Assembly: GCA_965218435.1 (NCBI GenBank)
Contig: CBDCKW010000009.1
Span: 864,001 to 928,000 of the forward strand
DNA length: 64,000 bases
Reading direction: 5' to 3'
DNA from: Truepera sp.
GTDB lineage: Bacteria; Deinococcota; Deinococci; Deinococcales; Trueperaceae
The notes under the pieces were generated by a model. It did not search any database and was not told the DNA's origin. It saw only the letters and a program-made list of their open reading frames with translations. This document shows, one piece after another, positions 1-8,265 of the stretch. Position numbers and translations under genes: made by a program. Positions within the stretch are counted from its first letter, which is position 1. Each line of letters starts with the position of its first letter.

Positions 1-105
1 ACTGGTAAAAGGCCGTGTGGCTTGACGACGAGACGACAACAGGCAACGACGGTAACGAGGGTGGGGTTGGGTTTTGCTAAAGACAAACGCATTTGAGGGT
101 GCACC

Positions 106-699
106 GTGTTAGAGCTGTGGCTTATCTGTCACGGCGAAACACCTTGGAACAGCGAAGGGCGCGCGCTCGGACAGGGCGACCCGCCGCTCTCTGAGTTTGG
201 GATTCAGCAGGCTGAAAGGCTGGCGCAGCGACTCGCTAATGTTCCCTTTAACGAGGTCTACGCGTCTGATCTGACGCGGGCGCGTTACACCGCGCGGCTG
301 GCACTACCGGCTGCTGAGGTGCGGCTCGAGCCACGCCTCCGCGAGGTTGACTTTGGGTCGTGGGAGGGGCAGCACTGGGACCACTTGACCGGAGACGACG
401 CCCACGCGCTTCAAAGCTGGCGTAAAGACCCGTACCGCACGCGCGCCCCGGGCGGTGAGTCTTATGAAGACGTGCTGCTGCGGACCTCGGCGTGGCTGGC
501 TGAGTTACCCCTGTCCGGGCGGGTTGCCGCCTTTACGCACGGTGGCGCGATTCGTTCACTGCTTTACAGCTTTACCGGTTTGCCCGAACGGGCCGCGTGG
601 CGTTTTGCTGTTCAAACAGGCAGTCTGACCCGTGTGGCGCTAGGAAACCAAGGCGCAGTATTGCAAGCCGTCAACGACACAGCGCATCTAGGATTTTAG
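106..699 (+). CDS. Histidine phosphatase family protein (CobC/GpmB-like); RHG motif reads CHG
   Basis: LICHGETPWN..GQGDPPLS, SDLTRA, LREVDFGSWEG, PGGES, THGGAIR, NDTAHL motifs. Confidence 0.85.
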   Translation: MLELWLICHGETPWNSEGRALGQGDPPLSEFGIQQAERLAQRLANVPFNEVYASDLTRARYTARLALPAAEVRLEPRLREVDFGSWEGQHWDHLTGDDAHALQSWRKDPYRTRAPGGESYEDVLLRTSAWLAELPLSGRVAAFTHGGAIRSLLYSFTGLPERAAWRFAVQTGSLTRVALGNQGAVLQAVNDTAHLGF

Positions 700-894
700 A
701 GAACGTTTTGGAACAGGTTTTGTTGCGGTAGACTACCCGGAAAAAGTAAGCATCTAAAAGTTGGTTGCGTGTAAAAGAAACGTACCTCGGAGACAAGTAT
801 TAGTCCAGTCTTTAACTACTCAAACGCTAAGGAAGCGTTTGCAAAAAGTGCGGCTTGCCTGAGAAAGACGATTTTTACCCTGATTTGATCGCTA

Positions 895-955
895 CAGATT
901 TCAGTGGCCACCATAAAAACTCAAATGCAGCCACTTTTGCCACCACTGAAATCTG
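895..955. repeat. 13-bp perfect inverted repeat (terminator or mini-element) between convergent genes
   Basis: CAGATTTCAGTGG at 895-907 and CCACTGAAATCTG at 943-955. Confidence 0.6.
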
Positions 956-988
956 CCTCAGCGTTCGTCAAGCTCAGTTAAAGTGTCT

Positions 989-1348
989 CTAAATACTACC
1001 CAGCAGCCGGAGTGCTGCGCGTTTGCCGCCTAGTGTGAGGTGCTCGAGCCTCCCGAAACCGGGTAAACTCAGCGATTTGCCCTCTGCACCGCGGCCCAGA
1101 GTCAGCAACAACCCTTTTTCGTCATATACCTCTACAGTCAGCCCTTGCGCCGCTAAAATGCCGGGTGCGTCACGAAAGTCCGGCTCTCGCCCGTCCATCG
1201 TCGTAATATTGGGCAAACTGACCGTGCGCAGCGCACGCAGGATGCGAATCGTGCTGAGCGTGAGCCTAAGCGTCTGTCCAGCACCTGTCAGCGTGGCGGG
1301 TTGACCGTCAATCTCGAGCTCTAGGTCAGCGTCTATAGAGAGCGCCAC
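989..1348 (-). CDS. Hypothetical protein
   Basis: 119-aa ORF starting 5 nt after the stop of the upstream small ORF; protein-like composition. Confidence 0.65.
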   Translation of the reverse strand: MALSIDADLELEIDGQPATLTGAGQTLRLTLSTIRILRALRTVSLPNITTMDGREPDFRDAPGILAAQGLTVEVYDEKGLLLTLGRGAEGKSLSLPGFGRLEHLTLGGKRAALRLLGSI

Positions 1349-1353
1349 AGCGC

Positions 1354-1593
1354 TTAGCTCGGCCGGGTCGGGCTACCCGGTTCGTCGGTCGTAATACGCA
1401 ACTTGCCGCTAAGTTTCCAGGTGGCTCTAGGAGCGTCTGCCCCGGTATCACGCGGCACCTCGACCACCATATTTTCAAACTCATAGTTGATGGCCGCGCC
1501 GCGCCCGGTTAAACGCTCGTAGAGCGCCATCCCGAGGTCTACAAACGATACTTTGCCGTTTTCAACGACGTTGCTGCTTTCGCTGTCCGCCAT
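1354..1593 (-). CDS. Small hypothetical protein (MADSESS...)
   Basis: AGAGGAGA RBS before ATG at 1593; 79 aa. Confidence 0.7.
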   Translation of the reverse strand: MADSESSNVVENGKVSFVDLGMALYERLTGRGAAINYEFENMVVEVPRDTGADAPRATWKLSGKLRITTDEPGSPTRPS

Positions 1594-1662
1594 GATTCTC
1601 CTCTTCTCCACTACCCTTAAAGCTATCTTAGAGAAGCGCGTCTCCAACGACCGTAAGCCTGC

Positions 1663-2547
1663 TTAAACTCCCTTACCTGCGGATGAAGGTGAAACCGGTG
1701 TTGTGCGCCGCATGACCCTCGCCGCTGCCAAAAAGCCCACGACGGTTTTTGCTAAAATATCGGCAAAGACGATTTCACCCATGGTTGCGACGCTCAGAGT
1801 TCCGGCAAACGCGATGACCGTAAAGGTCACCGAGTCGAGCGGGATACTAAACGCGTTCGAGGTGAGGACGCGGGTCAGCCAGCGGCGCTGCATCAGCCGA
1901 CCGTAGACCTCGGTATCGGCAGTTTCGGCAACCAAAATCGCCAAAAATCCGGCGAGCAAAAACCTCAGTGGGATACCCAAGTACGCTGAGAGGGCGAGGT
2001 TGGCGAGCGCGGCGACCGCGATCATCTGATAGGCGCGGTTTTTACCGAAGCCGTGAACGCGGTCCCGCTGTGTAAAGGTCACGCCGAAAAAGAGTGTTCC
2101 GACCGAGAGCTGACCGTAGACCGGCAGCGCCAAAAATGAATCGAAGGTAAAGTTCGCTAATAGCGTACAGATGATGTAAACGCTCATCGCCGCGAGCATC
2201 GGAGCGTAGGGGCCGAACACACGGTAAGCCTCGCCTGCGAAAATAGCGACCAGCGGCGCGACCACGAAAACAAAAGGGATAACGCTCAGCCAGCTGATCA
2301 GCCAAGCTAATAGTAAATTGAGAACGAGCGCAGCGCCTAGTATGAGCGGTTTTGCCTTGGGTGACAACCGCTGCGATAACCGGTAGGTTCCGCCGACAAA
2401 AAGAAAGCCGACTAAAATCAGCACGATAAGCGGAAGCGTCTGCGCCCATGCGACCCCTTGCGAGGTACGTGCGACCCAGAGCAGCGCCCAGCACACGAAC
2501 TGCGGCAGGGTAGACCAGAGGAGATAAGAGGTGCGGGTCAAAGACAT
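1663..2547 (-). CDS. VUT/YhhQ-family queuosine-precursor transporter with an N-terminal membrane extension
   Basis: C-terminal half has LLAN..GTLFFGVTFTQRDRVH, AETADTEVY, RVLTSNAFSIPLDSVTF; AGGAG RBS before ATG 2547. Confidence 0.8.
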   Translation of the reverse strand: MSLTRTSYLLWSTLPQFVCWALLWVARTSQGVAWAQTLPLIVLILVGFLFVGGTYRLSQRLSPKAKPLILGAALVLNLLLAWLISWLSVIPFVFVVAPLVAIFAGEAYRVFGPYAPMLAAMSVYIICTLLANFTFDSFLALPVYGQLSVGTLFFGVTFTQRDRVHGFGKNRAYQMIAVAALANLALSAYLGIPLRFLLAGFLAILVAETADTEVYGRLMQRRWLTRVLTSNAFSIPLDSVTFTVIAFAGTLSVATMGEIVFADILAKTVVGFLAAARVMRRTTPVSPSSAGKGV

Positions 2548-2578
2548 AAAAGCTCCTGAGAGCGGTGATGTCACCTCC

Positions 2579-2642
2579 CGCTTAGTTTATAGCTTAGGGT
2601 TGACGGCTTTGAGACTGGGCTTTTCCCGCTCTGCTGCCTACT
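2579..2642 (-). ncRNA. Candidate preQ1-I-like riboswitch with an inserted hairpin
   Basis: Minus strand TAGG...AACCCTAAGCTATAAACTAAG directly upstream of the VUT gene; A-rich AAACTAA tail; only a 4-bp P1 is visible. Confidence 0.4.
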
Positions 2643-2728
2643 CCGGCAGGTAGCCTGCCGGAGCTTTTGAAAGCTAGTCTAGCATCTCAGAGCTCACTCA
2701 GCTAGACGCGGCGAGGTAGGCTGGCGTC

Positions 2729-3130
2729 ATGACATCAAAGGTAGAGTTAAATACGGTGCCGGATACGCTGATGGAGGCGCTCGGCATTGAGGTTACGCTG
2801 GCGACCCCGGAACGTGTCGAGGCGACGATGGCGGTTTCCGGGCGGGTTCAGCAGCCCTACGGGATTTTGCACGGCGGCGCGTCGGTGGCGCTCGCGGAGA
2901 CGGTCGCGTCGGTGGGTGGGTCGGTCAGTGTTGCAGCGGGGCAGCGGGTAGTGGGGCTCGAGATCAACGCCAACCATTTACGTGCTAAAAAAGAAGGCGT
3001 CGTTACAGCAGTCGGCATACCGCTCCATCAGGGCCGCACGACCCAACTCTGGAGTATCGAGATCAGAGACGAAGCGGGCAAGCTCGTCTGTATGTCCCGC
3101 TGTACGCTGGCGGTGCTGCCCGCTTCTTAG
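2729..3130 (+). CDS. PaaI/hotdog-fold thioesterase (MenI-like)
   Basis: QPYGILHGGASVALAET, GLEINANHLR, HQGRTTQLW; TAGGCT box 6 nt before ATG. Confidence 0.9.
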   Translation: MTSKVELNTVPDTLMEALGIEVTLATPERVEATMAVSGRVQQPYGILHGGASVALAETVASVGGSVSVAAGQRVVGLEINANHLRAKKEGVVTAVGIPLHQGRTTQLWSIEIRDEAGKLVCMSRCTLAVLPAS

Positions 3131-3131
3131 C

Positions 3132-3168
3132 GAATTACCGGATAAATTGGGAGCAAACTTAAGGTAGA
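3132..3168 (+). repeat. Direct repeat copy 1 (GAATTACCGGATAAATTGGGAGCAAAC)
   Basis: 25/27 identical to copy 2, including a 22-nt exact run. Confidence 0.9.
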
Positions 3169-3322
3169 GATTCAGGTTACCAGCTTAGGTGCTTCTGACC
3201 CAGCACAGGCACAAGCAGCTGCGTCGGAAACAACGGTTCAAACCGCTGCTGTCCCTGTAGACTTGGCCGGAGGCACTAAAAAAGGTTCGAGATAGGCTTG
3301 AACCCTACCTCGGACTGTACTA

Positions 3323-3397
3323 GAGGGTTTGGTCCAAAAAGCCCCCATCCGCTGAGCTGCAAGCACTACCAAACTGGACTTTTTAGGGCAAACCGCT
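3323..3397. mobile_element. Possible ~75-bp MITE/IS-end remnant
   Basis: Imperfect inverted ends GGTTTGGTCCAAAAAGCC and GGACTTTTTAGGGCAAACC. Confidence 0.35.
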
Positions 3398-3410
3398 TTG
3401 TCTGTACTGC

Positions 3411-3434
3411 TATTGACAACAAATGTTGTCAATA
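3411..3434. promoter_or_regulatory. Perfect palindrome, operator-like
   Basis: TATTGACAACA-AA-TGTTGTCAATA (11-bp arms, contains TTGACA on both strands). Confidence 0.6.
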
Positions 3435-3460
3435 AACTACTATTAGTCGGTGGGGATCGG

Positions 3461-4039
3461 TTAACCCAACGTCACGGCTGCCATACGCAGGTCGTCCAGA
3501 GCAGTTAGTGCATGGTATGCGAGCCCCACGTTGTCATCACGGTCGCCTTCAGACCACTGAGCGTAGCCCCGCTTGAACGCGAGGACACCCAGCTCGCCCG
3601 CGAGGTGCGCGGTGGGATCGGGGACACCACGGGCGACGAGCGCGGCTGTCATGGCGGCCGCGAGACCGACACTCTTGAGGGCGTCGCGCTCCTGGAGTTC
3701 GGTGCTGGCCGCCACAGCCGCTTTGAGGCGGGGGCCAAGCTCGCGGTTCGCCGGTCTCATTGCGCTCGAGGCCCGCTCGAGACCGGCAGCAACCGCCTCG
3801 AGCGGGCTGGCGCTCGCAGGTGCCTCGGAGATTCCGTCCGCGAGCAGCTTGCTCAAGGTCTCTTGGCCCGCGACCAAGAGCTCACGCTTGTCGGGAAAGT
3901 GTCGAAAGAAAGTGCTTTTGGTAACCCCGGCGCGCTCGGCAATTTGCGTCACCGTAGTGGCGTCGTACCCCTGCTCGGTAAACAGGTCGACGGCCGCAAT
4001 AACGAGTCGTTGGGTTGCCCCCGGTTGCCATCGAGCCAT
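3461..4039 (-). CDS. TetR/AcrR family transcriptional regulator
   Basis: AAVDLFTEQGYDATTVTQIAERAGVTKSTFFRHFPDK HTH; TACAAT 6 nt before ATG 4039. Confidence 0.92.
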   Translation of the reverse strand: MARWQPGATQRLVIAAVDLFTEQGYDATTVTQIAERAGVTKSTFFRHFPDKRELLVAGQETLSKLLADGISEAPASASPLEAVAAGLERASSAMRPANRELGPRLKAAVAASTELQERDALKSVGLAAAMTAALVARGVPDPTAHLAGELGVLAFKRGYAQWSEGDRDDNVGLAYHALTALDDLRMAAVTLG

Positions 4040-4054
4040 GAGACCATTGTAAGG

Positions 4055-4120
4055 TGATGGGACACATGTCCCGTGCATATGTACTACAGTGATTGGGAGA
4101 TGGGACAATCGTCCCATCAC
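4055..4120. promoter_or_regulatory. Two palindromic TetR operator sites in the divergent promoter
   Basis: GATGGGAC-ACAT-GTCCCG and GATGGGAC-AATC-GTCCCATC. Confidence 0.7.
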
Positions 4121-4136
4121 TTTTCAGGAGGAACTT

Positions 4137-5018
4137 ATGCATATCTTTGTTACTGGCGGTACCGGCACTATCGGCTCGGCCGTCGTCGCCGAACTGCTCG
4201 CCAACGGCCACACCGTTCTCGCGCTGGCCCGCTCGGACAGCTCTGAACAGACTCTCAAGGGTGTTGGTGCCGAGGTGCTACGAGGGGGGCTGGCCGACCT
4301 CGACGTCCTGCGGGCCGGGGCCGCGCAGTCCGATGGCGTGATCAGTCTGGCGTTCGGACGCGACTACAGCAGCCCGGACGCGCTCGCGGCAGCTATCACC
4401 GAGGAGAGCGCCGCTCTCGCCGCTCTGGGGGAGGAACTCATCGGCAGCGACCGCCCAATCGTCGCGGTCTCCGGAACACCTTGAGTGGCGGGCCGCGCCT
4501 CCACCGAGGCCGATCCGGTGCCGACCGACGGACCGGTGGGCGCTCGGGGCCGTTCGCAGATGGCGCTGCTGGAGCTGGCTTCGCGCGGTGTGTGCGCCAC
4601 GGCTGTCCGTATGCCGCGCACGGTCCACCACCAGGGCAAGGGCGGATTCGCCGGCCTGTTGACCGATCAAGCGCGCCGCAGCGGGGTATCCGGCTACCCG
4701 GGCGACGGCACCCAGCGCTGGCCGGCCGTGCACGCCCTCGACGCAGCCGTCTTGTTCCGGCTCGCCCTCGAATCGGCCCCAGCCGGGACAGCCTGGCACG
4801 CCGTCGCCGACGAGGGCGACGCGGTACGCGACATTGCGACAGTCATTGGCCGGCGGCTGAGTCTTCCGGTCGAGGCGGTGCCAGAGGAGAACTTCGGCCC
4901 GTTCGGACCTATCTTCGCGATGGACCAGCCGGCCTCCAGCACCTACACCCGCGAAGCCCTCGGGTGGCAGCCAACGCACCCTAGTCTCCTCGACGACCTG
5001 GAGAACATTCAGCCCTGA
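4137..5018 (+). pseudogene. Atypical SDR / NAD-dependent epimerase, interrupted by an in-frame TGA at 4482-4484
   Basis: MHIFVTGGTGTIGSAVV Rossmann start; same frame continues after SGTP* to RWPAVHALDAA...LGWQPTHP; AGGAGG RBS. Confidence 0.85.
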
Positions 5019-5073
5019 GCGGATTCGGCAGAACAGGCCACGAGTAACGCACTGATCTCTGCCGCGTAAGTGT

Positions 5074-5110
5074 GAGTCACCGGATAAATTGGGAGCAAAC
5101 CTACGCTAAG
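5074..5110 (+). repeat. Direct repeat copy 2 (GAGTCACCGGATAAATTGGGAGCAAACCTACGCTAAG)
   Basis: Alignment with copies at 3132 and 7681. Confidence 0.9.
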
Positions 5111-5400
5111 AGGTATAGCAACCAACCCAACGAAAATCAGCGACGCTCATAGCTAACGAGGTTAGAGAAGGTCAGCCGTGAAGCTGCTGAACTGACCCTA
5201 TAGACTCGGACGATGCCCCTAACTGGTTCGACCAATTCCCGGCACCGTGGGGGCAGCTCGAGCACTAAGCACTCAAAAACTGCTTCTAAAAGCAAAGTTA
5301 AATGTGAATGTCGCCAATCAGAAAGAGTGTGTTTCATTCGCGTCTAGTTGAAGGAACGGTCAGAAGGACGCGCCCTCGCAGCACGATTTCACCCGCCCTG

Positions 5401-5418
5401 TCTTGAACAAAGGCGACA
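5401..5418 (-). promoter_or_regulatory. Putative AraC-regulator binding site (copy A)
   Basis: Reverse complement TGTCGCCTTTGTTCAAGA is 16/18 identical to 6369-6386. Confidence 0.5.
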
Positions 5419-5476
5419 TTCTATCCCTGCCCGGACAGCCGACGCGCTGCACCGTCCACTTGTGCCAAAGTGAGAC

Positions 5477-6292
5477 GTGCCTTACCTCGAGTTCCAGCCT
5501 GACGCCCGCCTGAGTCAGCTGGTGCGGGTCTACTGGCAGATGGACGAGTACCGCGATATCGGTCAGGAAGAACACCGCTTCATGCCGGAACGTTTAGTGC
5601 AACTGACCTTCTACGCCGGGTCAACCTGGCGCGGTTCGCTGTTGGGGGGCGACTTAGAGCTGATGCCGAGCGCGTCGCTGAGAGGGCTGACGCTGACGCC
5701 TCAGCGGGCGGTGTCTCTCGGCTCCACCAAGGCGCTGGGCGTGGAATTGTATCCCTGGGCGGCGCGGCAACTGTTTGGCTGGGACTCCACTATGTTTACC
5801 CTGGATTTGAGCTTGAAGCATCCGCTGCTGACCCGCGCTATCAGCGCCTTGCTGCGGCTGGACGCCTGCGACGAGGCGCGGCAACTCGTAGAAAACTGGC
5901 TACTGGGATTGCTCTCAGAGCGTGGACAGGAGCTGAAGGCAGGCGCTGGGGCCGCCCTGGAACTTTACGAAAGTCTGGGTCAGGCTCGGATTGGCACTTT
6001 GGCTGAAGGACTAAATTTGAGTTCCCGGCAACTGGAGCGGCAATTCGTGGCGGAAGTCGGGGTAAATGCCAAAACCTTGGCGCGCCTGATTCGCTTTGAG
6101 GAAGTCCGCAACCGCCTGTGGCTTGATCCGAAGGTTTCGCTGGCCCAGCTCGCCTACGAACTCGGCTTTGCCGACCAAGCGCACCTAACGCGGGAATTTA
6201 GGGCCATGACCTTCATGACGCCGCGCAGTTTCGGGCAGTTTGTGCAGCTAGATACCAGCCGCACGCCCACCCAGAATAGTGACGCAGGCTGA
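5477..6292 (+). CDS. AraC family regulator (DUF6597-type N-terminus)
   Basis: [24 protein letters not shown] and [21 protein letters not shown] double HTH. Confidence 0.9.
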   Translation: MPYLEFQPDARLSQLVRVYWQMDEYRDIGQEEHRFMPERLVQLTFYAGSTWRGSLLGGDLELMPSASLRGLTLTPQRAVSLGSTKALGVELYPWAARQLFGWDSTMFTLDLSLKHPLLTRAISALLRLDACDEARQLVENWLLGLLSERGQELKAGAGAALELYESLGQARIGTLAEGLNLSSRQLERQFVAEVGVNAKTLARLIRFEEVRNRLWLDPKVSLAQLAYELGFADQAHLTREFRAMTFMTPRSFGQFVQLDTSRTPTQNSDAG

Positions 6293-6368
6293 GGTCAGGC
6301 AACTTGACGAGTCACGCGCTGTATCGACCGGTTCACCGGAGGCTGAGCGCCCGAACTCCTGAACGTGG

Positions 6369-6386
6369 TGTCGCTTTTCTTCAAGA
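6369..6386 (+). promoter_or_regulatory. Putative AraC-regulator binding site (copy B), in the -35 region of the MFS gene
   Basis: TGTCGCTTTTCTTCAAGA, 20 nt upstream of the TAGCCT -10 box. Confidence 0.55.
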
Positions 6387-6418
6387 CTCGCTGTTGTCCC
6401 CGCGCGTAGCCTGAAGGC

Positions 6419-7663
6419 ATGACTCAGTCTCCTGATCTTCCCACCAAGAAAGCCCCACTCATCTTCATGCTCATCACCGCCTTTCTGTTCGCGATGGGCA
6501 TCAGCCTGGTCTTTCCGGTGCTGCCGTTCATCGTCGCTAGGTACGTGCCGCAGGTCTCGCAGCAGGCCGCCATGATCGGTCTGCTGGGCGCGGCCTACGC
6601 CTTCGTCTCGTTCTTCTCGTCACCGGTGCTGGGCGCGCTCAGCGACGCTTACGGACGACGTCCTATTCTGATTCTCAGCCTGACAGGTTCGGCCATTGGC
6701 TACGTCATCTTCGGCATTGGCGGCAGCCTGTGGGTGCTGTTCCTGGGCCGGATTATTGAAGGCTTGTGTGCGGGCGGCTTCGGCGCACTCTTCGGCTACG
6801 TGGCCGACACCACGCCGGAAGAGGAGCGCGGCAGGGTGTTCGGGCTAATCGGCGCGACGACGGGTGCGGCCTTTATCATCGGCCCGGCGATTGGCGGCCT
6901 GGCCTCGCACCTGAGCCTCAGCGCCCCGATGTTCCTGGCGGCGGGCGTCTGCTCGCTCAACGCCCTGTGGGGCCTGTTCGTGTTGCCAGAAAGTCTGCCA
7001 ATCTCGCGGCGCAGCAAGCATTTCGACGCCTCTCACCTCAATCCCCTCAAGCAACTCTCGGGCGCGCTGGCGTATCCAGCGGTGCGGCGGCTGGTCACGG
7101 TCAGCATCATGTTCCTGCTGCCGCTGTCGGTCATGCAGGTGACCTTGGCGCTGCTGGGGCGCGATACCCTCGGCTGGGGGCCGTCGCAGGCCAGCACGCT
7201 GTTCATCATCGTCGGCGCAACCGACATCGTGGCGCAGGGCTTCGTGTTGCCGTTTTTAATCAAAGCGCTCAGGGAACGCGGCGTGGCGATCCTGGGCCTC
7301 TCGCTGGGGGCCGTCGGGATGCTCGGCATGGCGCTGCTGCCCCTGTTCCCGCACGCGGCGCTGATCTATCTCAGCACGCTGTTTTTTGCCGTCGGCGAGG
7401 GAATTTTTACCGCCTCGCAGAACACCCTGATCTCCATCGCCGCGCCCGCCGAAGCGCAGGGTCAGGTGCAGGGCGGAGCGGAGTCGTTCGGCTCGCTGGC
7501 GCAGGTGGTGGGGCCGCTCGGCGGCGGGCAGCTGTACTCGCGCTTCGGTCCCGGTGCCACCTTCGGTACGGCGGCGGCGCTGGTGCTGGCGGCGCTGGGG
7601 TTGCTAGTCGGGCAGAAACCGCTGGCGACCAGCGTCGAAGGGCAGCCGCAGGAGGTGGCATGA
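6419..7663 (+). CDS. MFS efflux transporter, tetracycline-resistance (TetA/TCR) family
   Basis: Motif [44 protein letters not shown]; about 12 TM segments. Confidence 0.88.
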   Translation: MTQSPDLPTKKAPLIFMLITAFLFAMGISLVFPVLPFIVARYVPQVSQQAAMIGLLGAAYAFVSFFSSPVLGALSDAYGRRPILILSLTGSAIGYVIFGIGGSLWVLFLGRIIEGLCAGGFGALFGYVADTTPEEERGRVFGLIGATTGAAFIIGPAIGGLASHLSLSAPMFLAAGVCSLNALWGLFVLPESLPISRRSKHFDASHLNPLKQLSGALAYPAVRRLVTVSIMFLLPLSVMQVTLALLGRDTLGWGPSQASTLFIIVGATDIVAQGFVLPFLIKALRERGVAILGLSLGAVGMLGMALLPLFPHAALIYLSTLFFAVGEGIFTASQNTLISIAAPAEAQGQVQGGAESFGSLAQVVGPLGGGQLYSRFGPGATFGTAAALVLAALGLLVGQKPLATSVEGQPQEVA

Positions 7664-7680
7664 CCAGCCCCGCCTTCGGC

Positions 7681-7717
7681 GAGTTACCAGATAAGTTGGG
7701 CGTAAATCCACACTAAG
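7681..7717 (+). repeat. Direct repeat copy 3 (GAGTTACCAGATAAGTTGGGCGTAAATCCACACTAAG)
   Basis: 22/27 to the consensus core, plus 8/10 to the 3' extension of copy 2. Confidence 0.8.
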
Positions 7718-7725
7718 CGTTGAGG

Positions 7726-8125
7726 TCACCTGTGCGAGGCGGGTACCCAGCGGTAAAGCGTCGGCACCGATACGCCCAGATTTCGGGTACCTCTTTGGGT
7801 GGGACACCTTTGCAAAAGTTTCTTGGCAGACGCTATCTCACTGAGGGTTATCCGGCGTTTACGTCCGCCGATCCGCCCTCTTTGTCTAGCAGCTTGAAGC
7901 CCTGCGGTAGTTCGCTCGGCAATCGGTTCTCGTTCCATCTAGGCCGGAGAAGCTATCGCGTGAAAGAAGTGACCGCTCGAGGTCGTGGGGTTGCTGCCAC
8001 CGGTAAGGTTTTTGAACTGAACCTCTTGTTCGGCAAGCTCGGCAACAAAATCAACCGAGCCCTTAACGGTCTGGTCCAAACGGTCGAGCTTCCGGATCAC
8101 GAAGACGTTGCCCCCACGAACTCGA
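7726..8125 (-). pseudogene. Decayed serine resolvase/invertase
   Basis: Minus frame VIRKLDRLDQTVK...FKNLTG..TTSSGHFFHAIASPA*MEREPIAERTTAGLQAARQRGRIGGR...LGVSVPTLYRW; TAG at 7939-7941; catalytic N-terminus missing. Confidence 0.85.
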
Positions 8126-8265
8126 GAGACGCTTGGGGCGGAACGGTAATGGAGCGCATAGAAGTTGTCTGAGGAGAATAAAGGCGTTTTGCACTTTCAA
8201 TTCTCCCTTTTTTCCTTCACATTACGTGACTGGCTCGTTAGCCTCGAGACTGTTCTCTAAACACA

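Noticed and set aside
3132..3160. The repeat as a canonical dif or attC site
   Set aside because: It has an XerC-like ..GATAA arm but no TTATGTTAAAT-like XerD arm. Only copy 3 has GTTRRRY and no attC hairpin is evident.
4482..4484. Selenocysteine or alternative genetic code at the SDR TGA
   Set aside because: TGA is used as a stop elsewhere in the window, the position is not Cys-like, and no SECIS was recognised.
3132..7717. The three direct repeats as a CRISPR array
   Set aside because: Spacing is 1.9-2.6 kb with whole genes between copies, and there are no cas genes.
7720..8172. 150-aa plus-strand ORF
   Set aside because: Antisense shadow of the resolvase pseudogene.
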